A stretch of 63,109 bases of DNA, counting the filler, from Dimorphilus gyrociliatus (lineage: Eukaryota > Animalia > Annelida), in assembly GCA_904063045.1 (NCBI GenBank). It is 5 parts of 5 records of this genome, joined end to end, with 100 filler letters (N's around TTAATTAATTAA, not from the genome) between each part and the next. Parts side by side here need not be neighbours in the genome. Positions count along the whole stretch, not along the records: positions 11,393 to 19,904 come from CAJFCJ010000288.1; 4 more parts are not named here. The stretch is one strand, 5' to 3'. Made by a program: the position numbers and the translations under genes. A model generated the notes under the pieces. The model worked only from the letters and a program-made list of their open reading frames with translations, was not told where the DNA came from and did no database searches. This document shows positions 11,293 to 20,004 of this stretch, piece by piece (positions within the stretch are counted from its first letter, which is position 1; the number at the start of each line of letters is the position of its first letter).

Positions 11293-11392
11293 NNNNNNNN
11301 NNNNNNNNNNNNNNNNNNNNNNNNNNNNNNNNNNNNTTAATTAATTAANNNNNNNNNNNNNNNNNNNNNNNNNNNNNNNNNNNNNNNNNNNN
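11293..11392. other. Artificial contig spacer
   Basis: 44 N + TTAATTAATTAA (stops in all six frames) + 44 N. Confidence 0.98.
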
Positions 11393-11683
11393 ATAATGTT
11401 AGGATAAATTAAGTACATAAAAAAAATTAGGTACATAAAAAAATCCTATTAAATTACCATAAAATTGTTTTTTTTTAATTATTTTAACCCCTATTTTGTT
11501 CATTTTGGTAAGGATAAATTAGGTACATGGTAAATTGGTAGGGTTTTTTCTATCCCCCCATAAAAATTAAATAGAGTTTTTTACCATAAATTTTTTTTTT
11601 GTCTCCATCGAAAAAATTAGGTACATAAAAAATTTTTGAGGGTAATTTAACAACATTTTTGAAAAAAATTGGATAAAACTATT

Positions 11684-12889
11684 TTATTCGATAAATTGTT
11701 TTAAAACATATCTAGTTGCAACTTTCATATTATTATTCTCATCCTTTATTGTTATTCTATTATCATTATGAATTGATATAACAGTGTATATTTCATCATA
11801 ATATAATGATGTCAATGGATATCTTCTAGTATTGACATTATTATCGAAGTCTTTGGCTAATAAGTATTTTCTCCCCACTACTACTTGGTTGCTATCGTTT
11901 GCTCTTGCATTGTATTCATTAATATAACTACTTACATATTTTATATAATTATTTCTTGCTTCCTGAAGTGAGAGAATGACGTTATTATTATAATTATTGG
12001 GATCTACATTACGGAATAACACAAAGGGCTTAAAACCTGTAGCACTATGCTTACTATTGTTGTACTGATATACTACATCCTCATGAACCCTAATCCAGTT
12101 TACTTCACCTCCTAAAGCCTTTCTCATCCTGCTTTTTAGTGTTCTATTAAATCTTTCGACAACTCCCTGTGATTGTGGATGTCGAGGCCGGCCAGTTACA
12201 TGCTCAATATTAAACATACTACATATGTTTCTGATTCTTTGGTTAATAAATTCTCTCCCGTTATCTGTATGGAGAGTTTTCCACGGGCCTTCTGAATAAA
12301 ATAAACTTCTTAAAATTTCTGCTACAGATTCTGAGCTTTTATCATATAACTTAAAACTGAATGCAAACTTCGAAAAACAGTCTATTAAGTTTAAAACATA
12401 TCTATAATTATCATTAAATTCAGAATATGTACTCAGATCTATAATGTCGGCCTGTAAACGTTCATGTATATTATATATAAGAATAGGTGTTATAGGTCTT
12501 GTGATATTGATTGTATTTTCTCTTTGACAGCCCTCACATGAAGTAATATATGATATAATATCGTTTACTTTTATATTTATATAAAGATTGTCAATGATTC
12601 CCTTCATCTTATTAGCACAGAGATGACTTGGTAAATGAGCCTCCTTGATTATATTCTTTTTCTCTTCATGCTCAAAATCACATATATATTTCTTTCTGAC
12701 TCGATTTTGCTCAACATAAAGTGTTGAGTTACTATAAAAAAACCTTGCTGATTTCTTGATAAACTGTCTTTTACGTTCGCCTTTAAGCTCGCGTGGTATA
12801 ACTTTATCAACAACGTATGATATTATCTCATTTTTCTCATTTATATTCGAAATAACTGGAATCATGGCCATGGGTGATACAAAATTCAT
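11684..12889 (-). CDS. Retroviral-type (rve) integrase/transposase, intact, 401 aa (likely start at Met7, 12871)
   Basis: H2C2 zinc finger (EAHLPSHL...SCEGC), core QADIID / HTDNGREF / QSQGVVERFNRTLK; no RT, gag or protease. Confidence 0.92.
   Translation of the reverse strand: MNFVSPMAMIPVISNINEKNEIISYVVDKVIPRELKGERKRQFIKKSARFFYSNSTLYVEQNRVRKKYICDFEHEEKKNIIKEAHLPSHLCANKMKGIIDNLYINIKVNDIISYITSCEGCQRENTINITRPITPILIYNIHERLQADIIDLSTYSEFNDNYRYVLNLIDCFSKFAFSFKLYDKSSESVAEILRSLFYSEGPWKTLHTDNGREFINQRIRNICSMFNIEHVTGRPRHPQSQGVVERFNRTLKSRMRKALGGEVNWIRVHEDVVYQYNNSKHSATGFKPFVLFRNVDPNNYNNNVILSLQEARNNYIKYVSSYINEYNARANDSNQVVVGRKYLLAKDFDNNVNTRRYPLTSLYYDEIYTVISIHNDNRITIKDENNNMKVATRYVLKQFIE
12872..12874 (-). 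promoter_or_regulatory. Microsporidian-type CCC initiation motif before integrase Met7
   Basis: Minus strand reads AATTTTGTATCACCC-ATG. Confidence 0.5.
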
Positions 12890-13183
12890 CGAATAAAATA
12901 GTTTTATCCAATTTTTTTCAAAAATGTTATTAAATTACCCTCAAAAATTTTTTATGTACCTAATTTTTTCGATGGAGACAAAAAAAAAATTTATGGTAAA
13001 AAACTCTATTTAATTTTTATGGGGGGATAGAAAAAACCCTACCAATTTACCATGTACCTAATTTATCCTTACCAAAATGAACAAAATAGGGGTTAAAATA
13101 ATTAAAAAAAAACAATTTTATGGTAATTTAATAGGATTTTTTTATGTACCTAATTTTTTTTATGTACTTAATTTTTCCCAACA

Positions 13184-13948
13184 TTAAATATTATCAAAAC
13201 AACAGAGTTATATACACCAGCTCAAACAAAATTACTTAATGACTTAAATTATAATATAAATGATACTTCTGTACTTAGGGTAATACTTTTACAATGTTTT
13301 ATAAGTGATTCTTGTAATAACAATGCTTTATTTTATGTAAAAAAATTGAAAAAGTTGAAAAACGTTGTTAATGTTTTACTTAAAAAAGAAGAAGAAGAAT
13401 TTTACGATCAGAGGGATTTGGAGAGTTGGCAATACAAAGAAATAAGTGAGAATATAAATTCTTTATTAGAAATAGAACTACTAGAAGAAGTTGAAAATGA
13501 TTTTAAAAGTACGAAAAATCAAAAACTGGGGAATGGTAGACTTTCTGATAAGTGGGAGAAATTAATAAATATAACAGTAATTGCACCAATTTATAAACTA
13601 CGGGAATATGAGAGATTTAAATATAGAAAAGAAAGTAAAGATATTTTGAAGAATTTCAATTTCTTATGGTTTACAGTACCTGTAAAACAAATAATAGGAG
13701 ATGAAGGAATGAAAATATTAAGTTTCATGTTAAGTCGTAAATATACAATAAAAAGCTTAAAAGAGATGAATATAGAAGTATTTAATTTAGTATGTGATAT
13801 GTATTTAGGAATATTTATGTACAAAACTAAACATTACTTCTTTAATGACGTATTTAAAGATATAAAAGAAATTAAGTTTCTAAAAGAAAACGAGGCTCAC
13901 TATCAATACTTCTTTTTAATTCATGAAAGATTAATTAAGAATACCTAA
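13184..13948 (+). pseudogene. Hypothetical protein gene, 5'-truncated by the Ginger-like insertion
   Basis: Frame is open from the TIR edge (LNIIKTTELYTPAQ...) for 54 extra codons before the TTG start called by the ORF track; no in-frame ATG until about residue 122 of the track ORF. Confidence 0.65.
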
Positions 13949-14143
13949 AAATACAACTTTTATAAAAATTTATTTATTAGGATTTTTTATAATTTATGAA
14001 ATTTCGAAATAATTATGTCTTATGTAATTTTTCTTTATAAAATATTCTATTATCCTATTTAGGAAATTTAAAATCATTTTATATAAAAATAGTAATTATA
14101 ACCTATTTGTAAAAAAATGACTTAAAATATCAACTTTATTAAA

Positions 14144-14380
14144 TTATTGTTCATCACTATCATTACATTCTGTATCACATATACTAATAATATTATCTCC
14201 TCTTACAAATATTTTATCATGTTCTATTGTTCCATTACTATCAAAAATAGTTGAATCTACTAATGTCATATTATAATGTTTATCAAACTCTATTAAATTA
14301 CCTACCAATTTACGGTTGTTTCTTAAATTTACAATTATTTGTGAGTTTAATAAACTATTTAAATATTGTTCTAATTTCAT
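14144..14380 (-). CDS. SMD2: Sm-fold snRNP protein, closest to SmD2 (LSm3 less likely)
   Basis: IVNLRNNRKLVG..EFDKHYNMTL and IFVRGDNII match the Sm1/Sm2 motifs; CCCCA precedes the ATG. Confidence 0.75.
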   Translation of the reverse strand: MKLEQYLNSLLNSQIIVNLRNNRKLVGNLIEFDKHYNMTLVDSTIFDSNGTIEHDKIFVRGDNIISICDTECNDSDEQ

Positions 14381-14692
14381 TGGGGTGTTTTTATATCGGA
14401 AATTTATAAAATATTTTAGGAAATGTATATTTAATTTACACGAACACGGTAATTTTTAATAAATATCAGGTTGTATAGAAACATACATTTAAATAAATAC
14501 TTAAATAAGCTCATTTTTAATATTAATAGATAGTTTGATAAATATTTTGATATTTTAATAAACGGAATTTTCTATATAAAATTTTAATTGATTCGTAAAT
14601 TTAAGAGTTAGTTCGTTTATCACTAAAAAATTTATAAATCGTATGACATACAAAACAAGATGAAATACAAATAGAACATATTTTAAAGTTAT

Positions 14693-15187
14693 ATGCTGTT
14701 TTTTTTTGAACTGATTAATTCTTTTGTTCTGAAGCTAAGCTATAGAAATAGATTTTTGAGTATCTGTGAAGGTAGTCCATGCTTAGTAAGTAGTAAAGAA
14801 AAGGCCGTAAGACTAAAATTTGTAAATAAACATGTTGTATTGAGAGACTATAAGAAAAACTTTAATATAGATAACGAAGGAAAGCTAAATTTTTCTAAAA
14901 TGCCACATAAGTTTAAGAAAGAATTTATAGGGTATAGAAATAAACATAAAAATCGATTTAAAGGAAGATTTAGACTTAGGATCGGCAAAAAATGTTTAGA
15001 ATCAAAGAATGGACTATTTGTATTGAATAGGTGTAATTTGAGTCAAAAGAGACAGATTTTTCAAAAGCTTAGAAGAGGTCATAAATTTAAAAAAAAGACG
15101 ATAACAAAATCAATACATAATGGAAAGATTCAACATCTTTTATTTAGAAAATGGTTTAGACGTAATATATTTAAAGATCCTTGTTAA
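14693..15187 (+). CDS. Secreted ricin-B-lectin-like protein 1 (basic)
   Basis: Hydrophobic N-terminus; FRLRIGKKCLESKNGLFVLNRCNLSQKRQIF beta-trefoil-like lobe. Confidence 0.6.
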   Translation: MLFFFELINSFVLKLSYRNRFLSICEGSPCLVSSKEKAVRLKFVNKHVVLRDYKKNFNIDNEGKLNFSKMPHKFKKEFIGYRNKHKNRFKGRFRLRIGKKCLESKNGLFVLNRCNLSQKRQIFQKLRRGHKFKKKTITKSIHNGKIQHLLFRKWFRRNIFKDPC

Positions 15188-15246
15188 TAAAAATAATTCG
15201 TTTTATATTATATTTTATTTAAATATTAAGCTAAATGTTACATTAA

Positions 15247-15318
15247 GCGTCAATAGTTCAGCGGTCAGAATGCGGCCCTTCCAAGGCTGAGATCCGGGTT
15301 CGATTCCCGGTTGACGCA
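15247..15318 (+). tRNA. tRNA-Gly: tRNA-Gly (anticodon TCC)
   Basis: Acceptor GCGTCAA/TTGACGC, anticodon arm CGGCC-CTTCCAA-GGCTG, GGTTCGATTCC T-loop, downstream oligo-T Pol III terminator. Confidence 0.97.
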
Positions 15319-15658
15319 TTTTTTTATATTTTTTCGCCCCCTTTTAAAAATATAATAAAGACATCCAAAAATATATATTGTAATATTTTTTTGCTTTCCT
15401 ATTAAATTGTATTTAAAATAGTTTAATAAACCTATCAAAAAACTACAAAAAGTATCATATAATATTTTTATATCAGGACAACTTTACTGATGCTCTTTAA
15501 AAATATTTACATATCTTTATTCTGTCTTATGCAAAATAGCTAATTGATTTTTGTAGAAAATTTTATGTAATATTCAATTTAATAAGTCAGTTACAATTTT
15601 TATCATAGGATGATCTTGACATTCAAAACGTTATTATTCTAAAAAAACTATAAAAGGC

Positions 15659-16399
15659 ATGACAGTCTTGTTTATAATGAAAATTATACAATGTTTTCTA
15701 TTATTTATAAACTTTTCGAGTACTTATAAACTAAGGTTGGCGGGAAATGATCAGTATATTTCTGGTAGTGGCCAGAACACGACCTTGGCAAACTATGATA
15801 ATGCGTTTGATATACAGGAAATTAGGAAAAACGCAAGTGGTAGCCTCTTTAAGGTTATGGCAGGACGAAGGAGATACTTTGATATGGCAGGAGGTGGGAC
15901 TAAGTTAATATTCTGGCATCGCGGTCATGGTGGTAGAAACCAAAGATTTACATTATCAAAGTTAGCAAATGGTATGTATCAAATAAAGGTTATGGGTCAG
16001 TGTATTAAACACCATGGAGGTGGTAAATTCTATAGAACAAGATGTAGCACAACAGCAACAAACCAGCAATTTGAAAAAGTTACTAAAAATCCAACGCCTA
16101 AACCTAAGCCCAAACCAGTGCCTCAACTTAAACCAAAGGCCATGAGAAAAAATGCTTTACTTAAAAAAGCAAAACTTCCCAAGCAACCAAAAAAAGAAAA
16201 ACAGAAAGCAAAAATTGCAGACCTTAAATCTAAAAATAAAACGTTAAAAAAGAAACTAAACAATAAAAAAGGCGAAAAGTCGACCACGTCCACCTCCAGT
16301 GATGACGATAAACTCAATATGAGAGACTTAAAAAGGATTATTAGAAAAGAACTACATCCAAGCTGTTGTGATAATCCTTTAAGGCGTCTGTGGTGTTAA
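15659..16399 (+). CDS. Secreted ricin-B-lectin-like protein 2 with Pro/Lys-rich tail
   Basis: Signal-peptide-like start; YFDMAGGGTKLIFWHRGHGGRNQRF and YQIKVMGQCI...RCSTTATNQQF (QxF repeats). Confidence 0.8.
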   Translation: MTVLFIMKIIQCFLLFINFSSTYKLRLAGNDQYISGSGQNTTLANYDNAFDIQEIRKNASGSLFKVMAGRRRYFDMAGGGTKLIFWHRGHGGRNQRFTLSKLANGMYQIKVMGQCIKHHGGGKFYRTRCSTTATNQQFEKVTKNPTPKPKPKPVPQLKPKAMRKNALLKKAKLPKQPKKEKQKAKIADLKSKNKTLKKKLNNKKGEKSTTSTSSDDDKLNMRDLKRIIRKELHPSCCDNPLRRLWC

Positions 16400-16749
16400 C
16401 ATAACTGATTTTTTTTAAATAGTAATTAGACGAATCTATCCAATAAAACACAATCATACACTTTTCTAGATGTAATTAAACGGTTTACATGCTATTTTTA
16501 TACTAATATCTTACTTATAAACACAATGTTTAACTTGTAGTATTTTAAGTATTAATGTGTTATACTTGATTTAACCTATTTTTAAAAAACTTCTATTTTT
16601 ATGACTAAGGCTATAAATAACTAGAATTTCTATAAAAGCCTAAAATCTGATTTCGTTAAAATTTATAAAATAACACTTGAAAGAAGGAATGTACTATCTA
16701 CATTAAAACGTTAAAGTAATAATTTGAATCTATTTTCAGATCAGATTTA

Positions 16750-17382
16750 ATGAATGATAAATCAAACACTGGTTTCATAAGCATTTATAAAAAAACATCG
16801 GTGGTTTTACTCAAAATGTTATTTTATGTTATCATTGCATTCAGTTTTAAACTAATGCTAAAATCTAGGATAAAATATTTGGGTGGATACAAAGGAAACA
16901 CTAAATTGACTGGTATTAGGAAGGATGCTTTAGAGTTAACTGAAGTTAGAGAGAAAACAGGGCCTCTAATAATGGGAAAAACTGATGTAAACAGATATTT
17001 TGATATGGAGAATGATAGAGTGTTAGTATTAAATGCGAACGGACGAGAAACACCAAGTCAAAAATTTAGATTAAAACCATTAGATCAAATTAATGAAACG
17101 TATATGCTAGGAGTAGAGGATGGTTGCGTAGAGTATATACAAAAACATTTATTTGAGAAAAGAGCTTGCGATCCAGAAGATGACAACCAAGTATTCTTTT
17201 ATGTAAGAACAGGAAATCCTTTTGATAGAACAGGAGAACCACCAGAACCTAAAGATTTAAGTGAAGCAGAAGAAATGATAAACGATAGAAAAAAAGCAGC
17301 AGATGATTTCAACGATAATGATGAAAAAAGACTAAAAAAGTTAATAGCAGATGGTCTGAATAGAAGAGATCTAGTAATTTAA
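16750..17382 (+). CDS. Secreted ricin-B-lectin-like protein 3 (probable start at 16816, MLFYVIIAFSF)
   Basis: YFDMENDRVLV..PSQKFRL and GCVEY..FEKRACDPEDDNQVF; acidic C-terminal region. Confidence 0.72.
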   Translation: MNDKSNTGFISIYKKTSVVLLKMLFYVIIAFSFKLMLKSRIKYLGGYKGNTKLTGIRKDALELTEVREKTGPLIMGKTDVNRYFDMENDRVLVLNANGRETPSQKFRLKPLDQINETYMLGVEDGCVEYIQKHLFEKRACDPEDDNQVFFYVRTGNPFDRTGEPPEPKDLSEAEEMINDRKKAADDFNDNDEKRLKKLIADGLNRRDLVI

Positions 17383-17481
17383 AAAAAGAACACTAAAAAG
17401 ATTAATAACAGAAGAGATCTTGTAATTTAAAAATGGAACATTAAAAATATTAATAACAGAAGAGATCTAGTAATTTAAAAA
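17359..17481 (+). repeat. 48-bp tandem repeat (~2.6 copies) covering the RBL3 stop codon
   Basis: AGAAGAGATCTWGTAATTTAAAAA recurs at 17362, 17410 and 17458. Confidence 0.9.
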
Positions 17482-17627
17482 TAATTTTTTAATAAATGTG
17501 AATAAAAAGCATAGATGTTAAAAATGTGTGATTCCATAAACATATTTATGAATCATTGTTTGTAGAACAGATGTAACAATTATTAAAATTAAATAATAAT
17601 CTGACTTTCTGTTCACAGGGGTTAATT

Positions 17628-18788
17628 TTATTTTTTTTTATTAAAAATCAATAAAACATCATTTAAATTACTTCTAATCAAAGGACTGCATCTCTGAATT
17701 AAAAAATTAAACTCATCAATGCTTTTTGGCTTGTTTTTAATTAATGAAATAAAATCATAAGGTTTTAGAACGTAAAAAAGTGATTCATTGCTATTTTTAG
17801 CTAGAAAATCTATTAATTTAAATAATTCAATTGTTTGAGAATCAATTAAAAATTCTTCAAATTTTGATTTTTTTTTTAAATTTTTAGATTTTTTTTCTAT
17901 TTTGAAAAATTTAGTAGAAGATTCAAAAAAAGTATTAAAAATATGTTCTATTACTAAATTAATATAAACTTCAATAGGTCGTATTCTGTAATCTACATAA
18001 ACATCATTGTTGTATTCTATATCTTCAAATTTAAAATTTAAGTATTTTTTAACATTTTCTTGATCTTCTGTTAATTTATTATCATTTAAATTAGACTCTT
18101 TATTGATTATAAGAGAGTCACTAAAGCTTATTTCATATTCTAAAAAACTCAGATTGGCTTCATTTGTCATAAAAATAATACATCCATCAAAATTTATATG
18201 TTTTAAAAGGTTTCTCTCTTTTATTAAGTCTAATACAAAAATATTATTTTCTGTTATAAATATGAAAAATGAAGTATAAGGTTCATATGTTCTGTAATAT
18301 TCTCTTCTTGAATCTATAAATATGGTTTCATTTTCAAATACTGATTTTAGCTCTTCTTCTTTCCTAAAATATATAACGTTTTTATTTTCTGGAAATTTGA
18401 AAGAATTTAAAGGTTTTTGTGTTGAAAAATTAATTTTTAGCTCTAAATCGTTAAATAAAGGTTTTTCTAGGTTTCTTGGTATTACCATTTGTATGTTTTT
18501 TTCTCCAATTTCTTTAATTCTATTTTGTTCTAAATTTAACAAATTTACTTTATATTTTCCTTTAGGATTCTCATCAAATGCTATTACTACATCTCCTTTG
18601 TTATATTCTCTTTTTTCAAGTCTTTTAATAGAGAGATCTATATCTTCTAGTAACGGTTCATCTTCTATTTTATTTAAACTTTTATTAATTAAGTTTATTA
18701 TCTCATCGATTTCAGCTTTTCTCATTTTATTGCTTATTTTATTAATATTTTTATTTATATATTTTACTAATTCTAAACATTCTTCCAT
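17628..18788 (-). CDS. RRP6: Rrp6-like exosome subunit (EXO + HRDC), degenerate active site
   Basis: IFIDSRREYYRTY..FVLDLIKER resembles ExoI; VDYRIRPI resembles the Rrp6 DWRIRPL motif; HRDC LAKNSNESLFYVL..KPKS...SPLIR; TACCC precedes the ATG. Confidence 0.8.
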   Translation of the reverse strand: MEECLELVKYINKNINKISNKMRKAEIDEIINLINKSLNKIEDEPLLEDIDLSIKRLEKREYNKGDVVIAFDENPKGKYKVNLLNLEQNRIKEIGEKNIQMVIPRNLEKPLFNDLELKINFSTQKPLNSFKFPENKNVIYFRKEEELKSVFENETIFIDSRREYYRTYEPYTSFFIFITENNIFVLDLIKERNLLKHINFDGCIIFMTNEANLSFLEYEISFSDSLIINKESNLNDNKLTEDQENVKKYLNFKFEDIEYNNDVYVDYRIRPIEVYINLVIEHIFNTFFESSTKFFKIEKKSKNLKKKSKFEEFLIDSQTIELFKLIDFLAKNSNESLFYVLKPYDFISLIKNKPKSIDEFNFLIQRCSPLIRSNLNDVLLIFNKKK

Positions 18789-18923
18789 GGGTAACTATTT
18801 TTACTTATATTAGAATAAAATGTTTCCTAATACACCCCTAGTAAATATTTTATTCTACAAAAAAAATGGTAAATTATTAAACAATACATACTACTTTGAT
18901 AATAAATAATTTTAAAATTTTTA

Positions 18924-19796
18924 TTAAAGAATAATAACACCACGTTTTTTTAAAACTTGGTATGAATGCTGGTCAATAACTGGAAAAGCATAACCTATCT
19001 GTAGTATCTTTAGTTTAGCCATTTTTGCAATATTTTGATAATCCTCAACCTCTAAATTCACACACCAGTCCATATATAATTCTTTTATTTCGGTCTGTTT
19101 TATAGTTTTTAGTAAACCGCATTTTTGTAAACACCCTTTCATATTTAAAATTCTTAACTTTTTTAATAAAAAAATACTCATATAATCAATTTCTATTAAT
19201 TCTTGGTTCCAAGATACGTTCAATTCTTCAAGCTTTTCTAAATTACAAATGTTTCTTAAACCGCCACCTTCAATATCACATAGTTTAATGTTAAGAAATT
19301 CTAAGCTTTTTAGGTGAAAAATTGCATTTAAATCTTCGTTATTTAAGCTATTGTATGATACGTTTAGTACTTTCAGCTTAGTTAGGTAAAATCCCTCCTT
19401 AAAACAGCTTTTTGTTAGATTGCAATTCTCTAATTCCAACTCTACTAGGTTTATCAAATTAAATATACTATCAATGTATTCTGATATACCAAGACTACAT
19501 TTTATTTGAAGTACTCGTATATTCTTTATAAATTTACCATCTAATAGAGTAATTTCGTCAAAAAAGCAGTTTTTGATTTTTATTGTAGTCAAATTTTCTA
19601 GTTTATGTAACTTTTCAATAATATTGTGATCTATTATACATTCTTCTAGCTTTAATTTTAATCCATTATTGTAGATAAATTTATCCAGTTTTGATAGATT
19701 AACGAACTTATTTTTATATATTGAAATAGAACCTTTAATAAAAACTATCATAAAAAATAAACTTAATATATTATTTGTATAGATACAAGTTAACAT
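18924..19796 (-). CDS. Leucine-rich-repeat protein with hydrophobic N-terminus
   Basis: Repeated LxxLxxLxLxxN/C units (LTKLKVLNVSYN, LEKLEELNVSWN); TACCCT precedes the ATG. Confidence 0.85.
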   Translation of the reverse strand: MLTCIYTNNILSLFFMIVFIKGSISIYKNKFVNLSKLDKFIYNNGLKLKLEECIIDHNIIEKLHKLENLTTIKIKNCFFDEITLLDGKFIKNIRVLQIKCSLGISEYIDSIFNLINLVELELENCNLTKSCFKEGFYLTKLKVLNVSYNSLNNEDLNAIFHLKSLEFLNIKLCDIEGGGLRNICNLEKLEELNVSWNQELIEIDYMSIFLLKKLRILNMKGCLQKCGLLKTIKQTEIKELYMDWCVNLEVEDYQNIAKMAKLKILQIGYAFPVIDQHSYQVLKKRGVIIL

Positions 19797-19904
19797 AGGG
19801 TAATTTTTATTTCCCTTTTTTATATAATCAAATATATTGTAATTTAGAACCTGTCTGTCAAAACAATCCCATCTCTAATGATTCCAAGCAGGATGATTAA
19901 AAAA

Positions 19905-20004
19905 NNNNNNNNNNNNNNNNNNNNNNNNNNNNNNNNNNNNNNNNNNNNTTAATTAATTAANNNNNNNNNNNNNNNNNNNNNNNNNNNNNNNNNNNNNNNN
20001 NNNN
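19905..20004. other. Artificial contig spacer
   Basis: 44 N + TTAATTAATTAA + 44 N. Confidence 0.98.

Larger units (their letters stand above)
11397..13183 (-). mobile_element. Ginger2/TDD-like 'integrase' DNA transposon with 296-bp TIRs
   Basis: TGTT...AACA termini; TIRs 11397-11692 and 12888-13183 differ at about 3 positions by eye; flanks ATAA/TTAA (imperfect 4-bp TSD at the contig edge); repeated AAATTAGGTACAT motif inside the TIRs. Confidence 0.85.
11393..19904. other. Co-assembled contig of probable microsporidian origin
   Basis: Intronless dense genes, CCC motif before four ATGs, AATAAA overlapping stops, ricin-B-lectin triad, reduced SmD2 and Rrp6; none of the host repeat families occur in it. 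Confidence 0.85.

Noticed and set aside
11057-11344. ORFs running into X residues (11057-11344, and the end of 47018-47542)
   Set aside because: Artefacts of translating through N spacers.
11684-12889. Integrase as part of an LTR retrotransposon or Polinton
   Set aside because: Flanking repeats are inverted, not direct; there is no gag, RT, polB or capsid, and the element is only 1.8 kb.
11393-19904. Horizontal transfer of microsporidian genes into the animal genome
   Set aside because: The block is bounded on both sides by artificial spacers and has no host repeats or introns; co-assembly is the simpler explanation.
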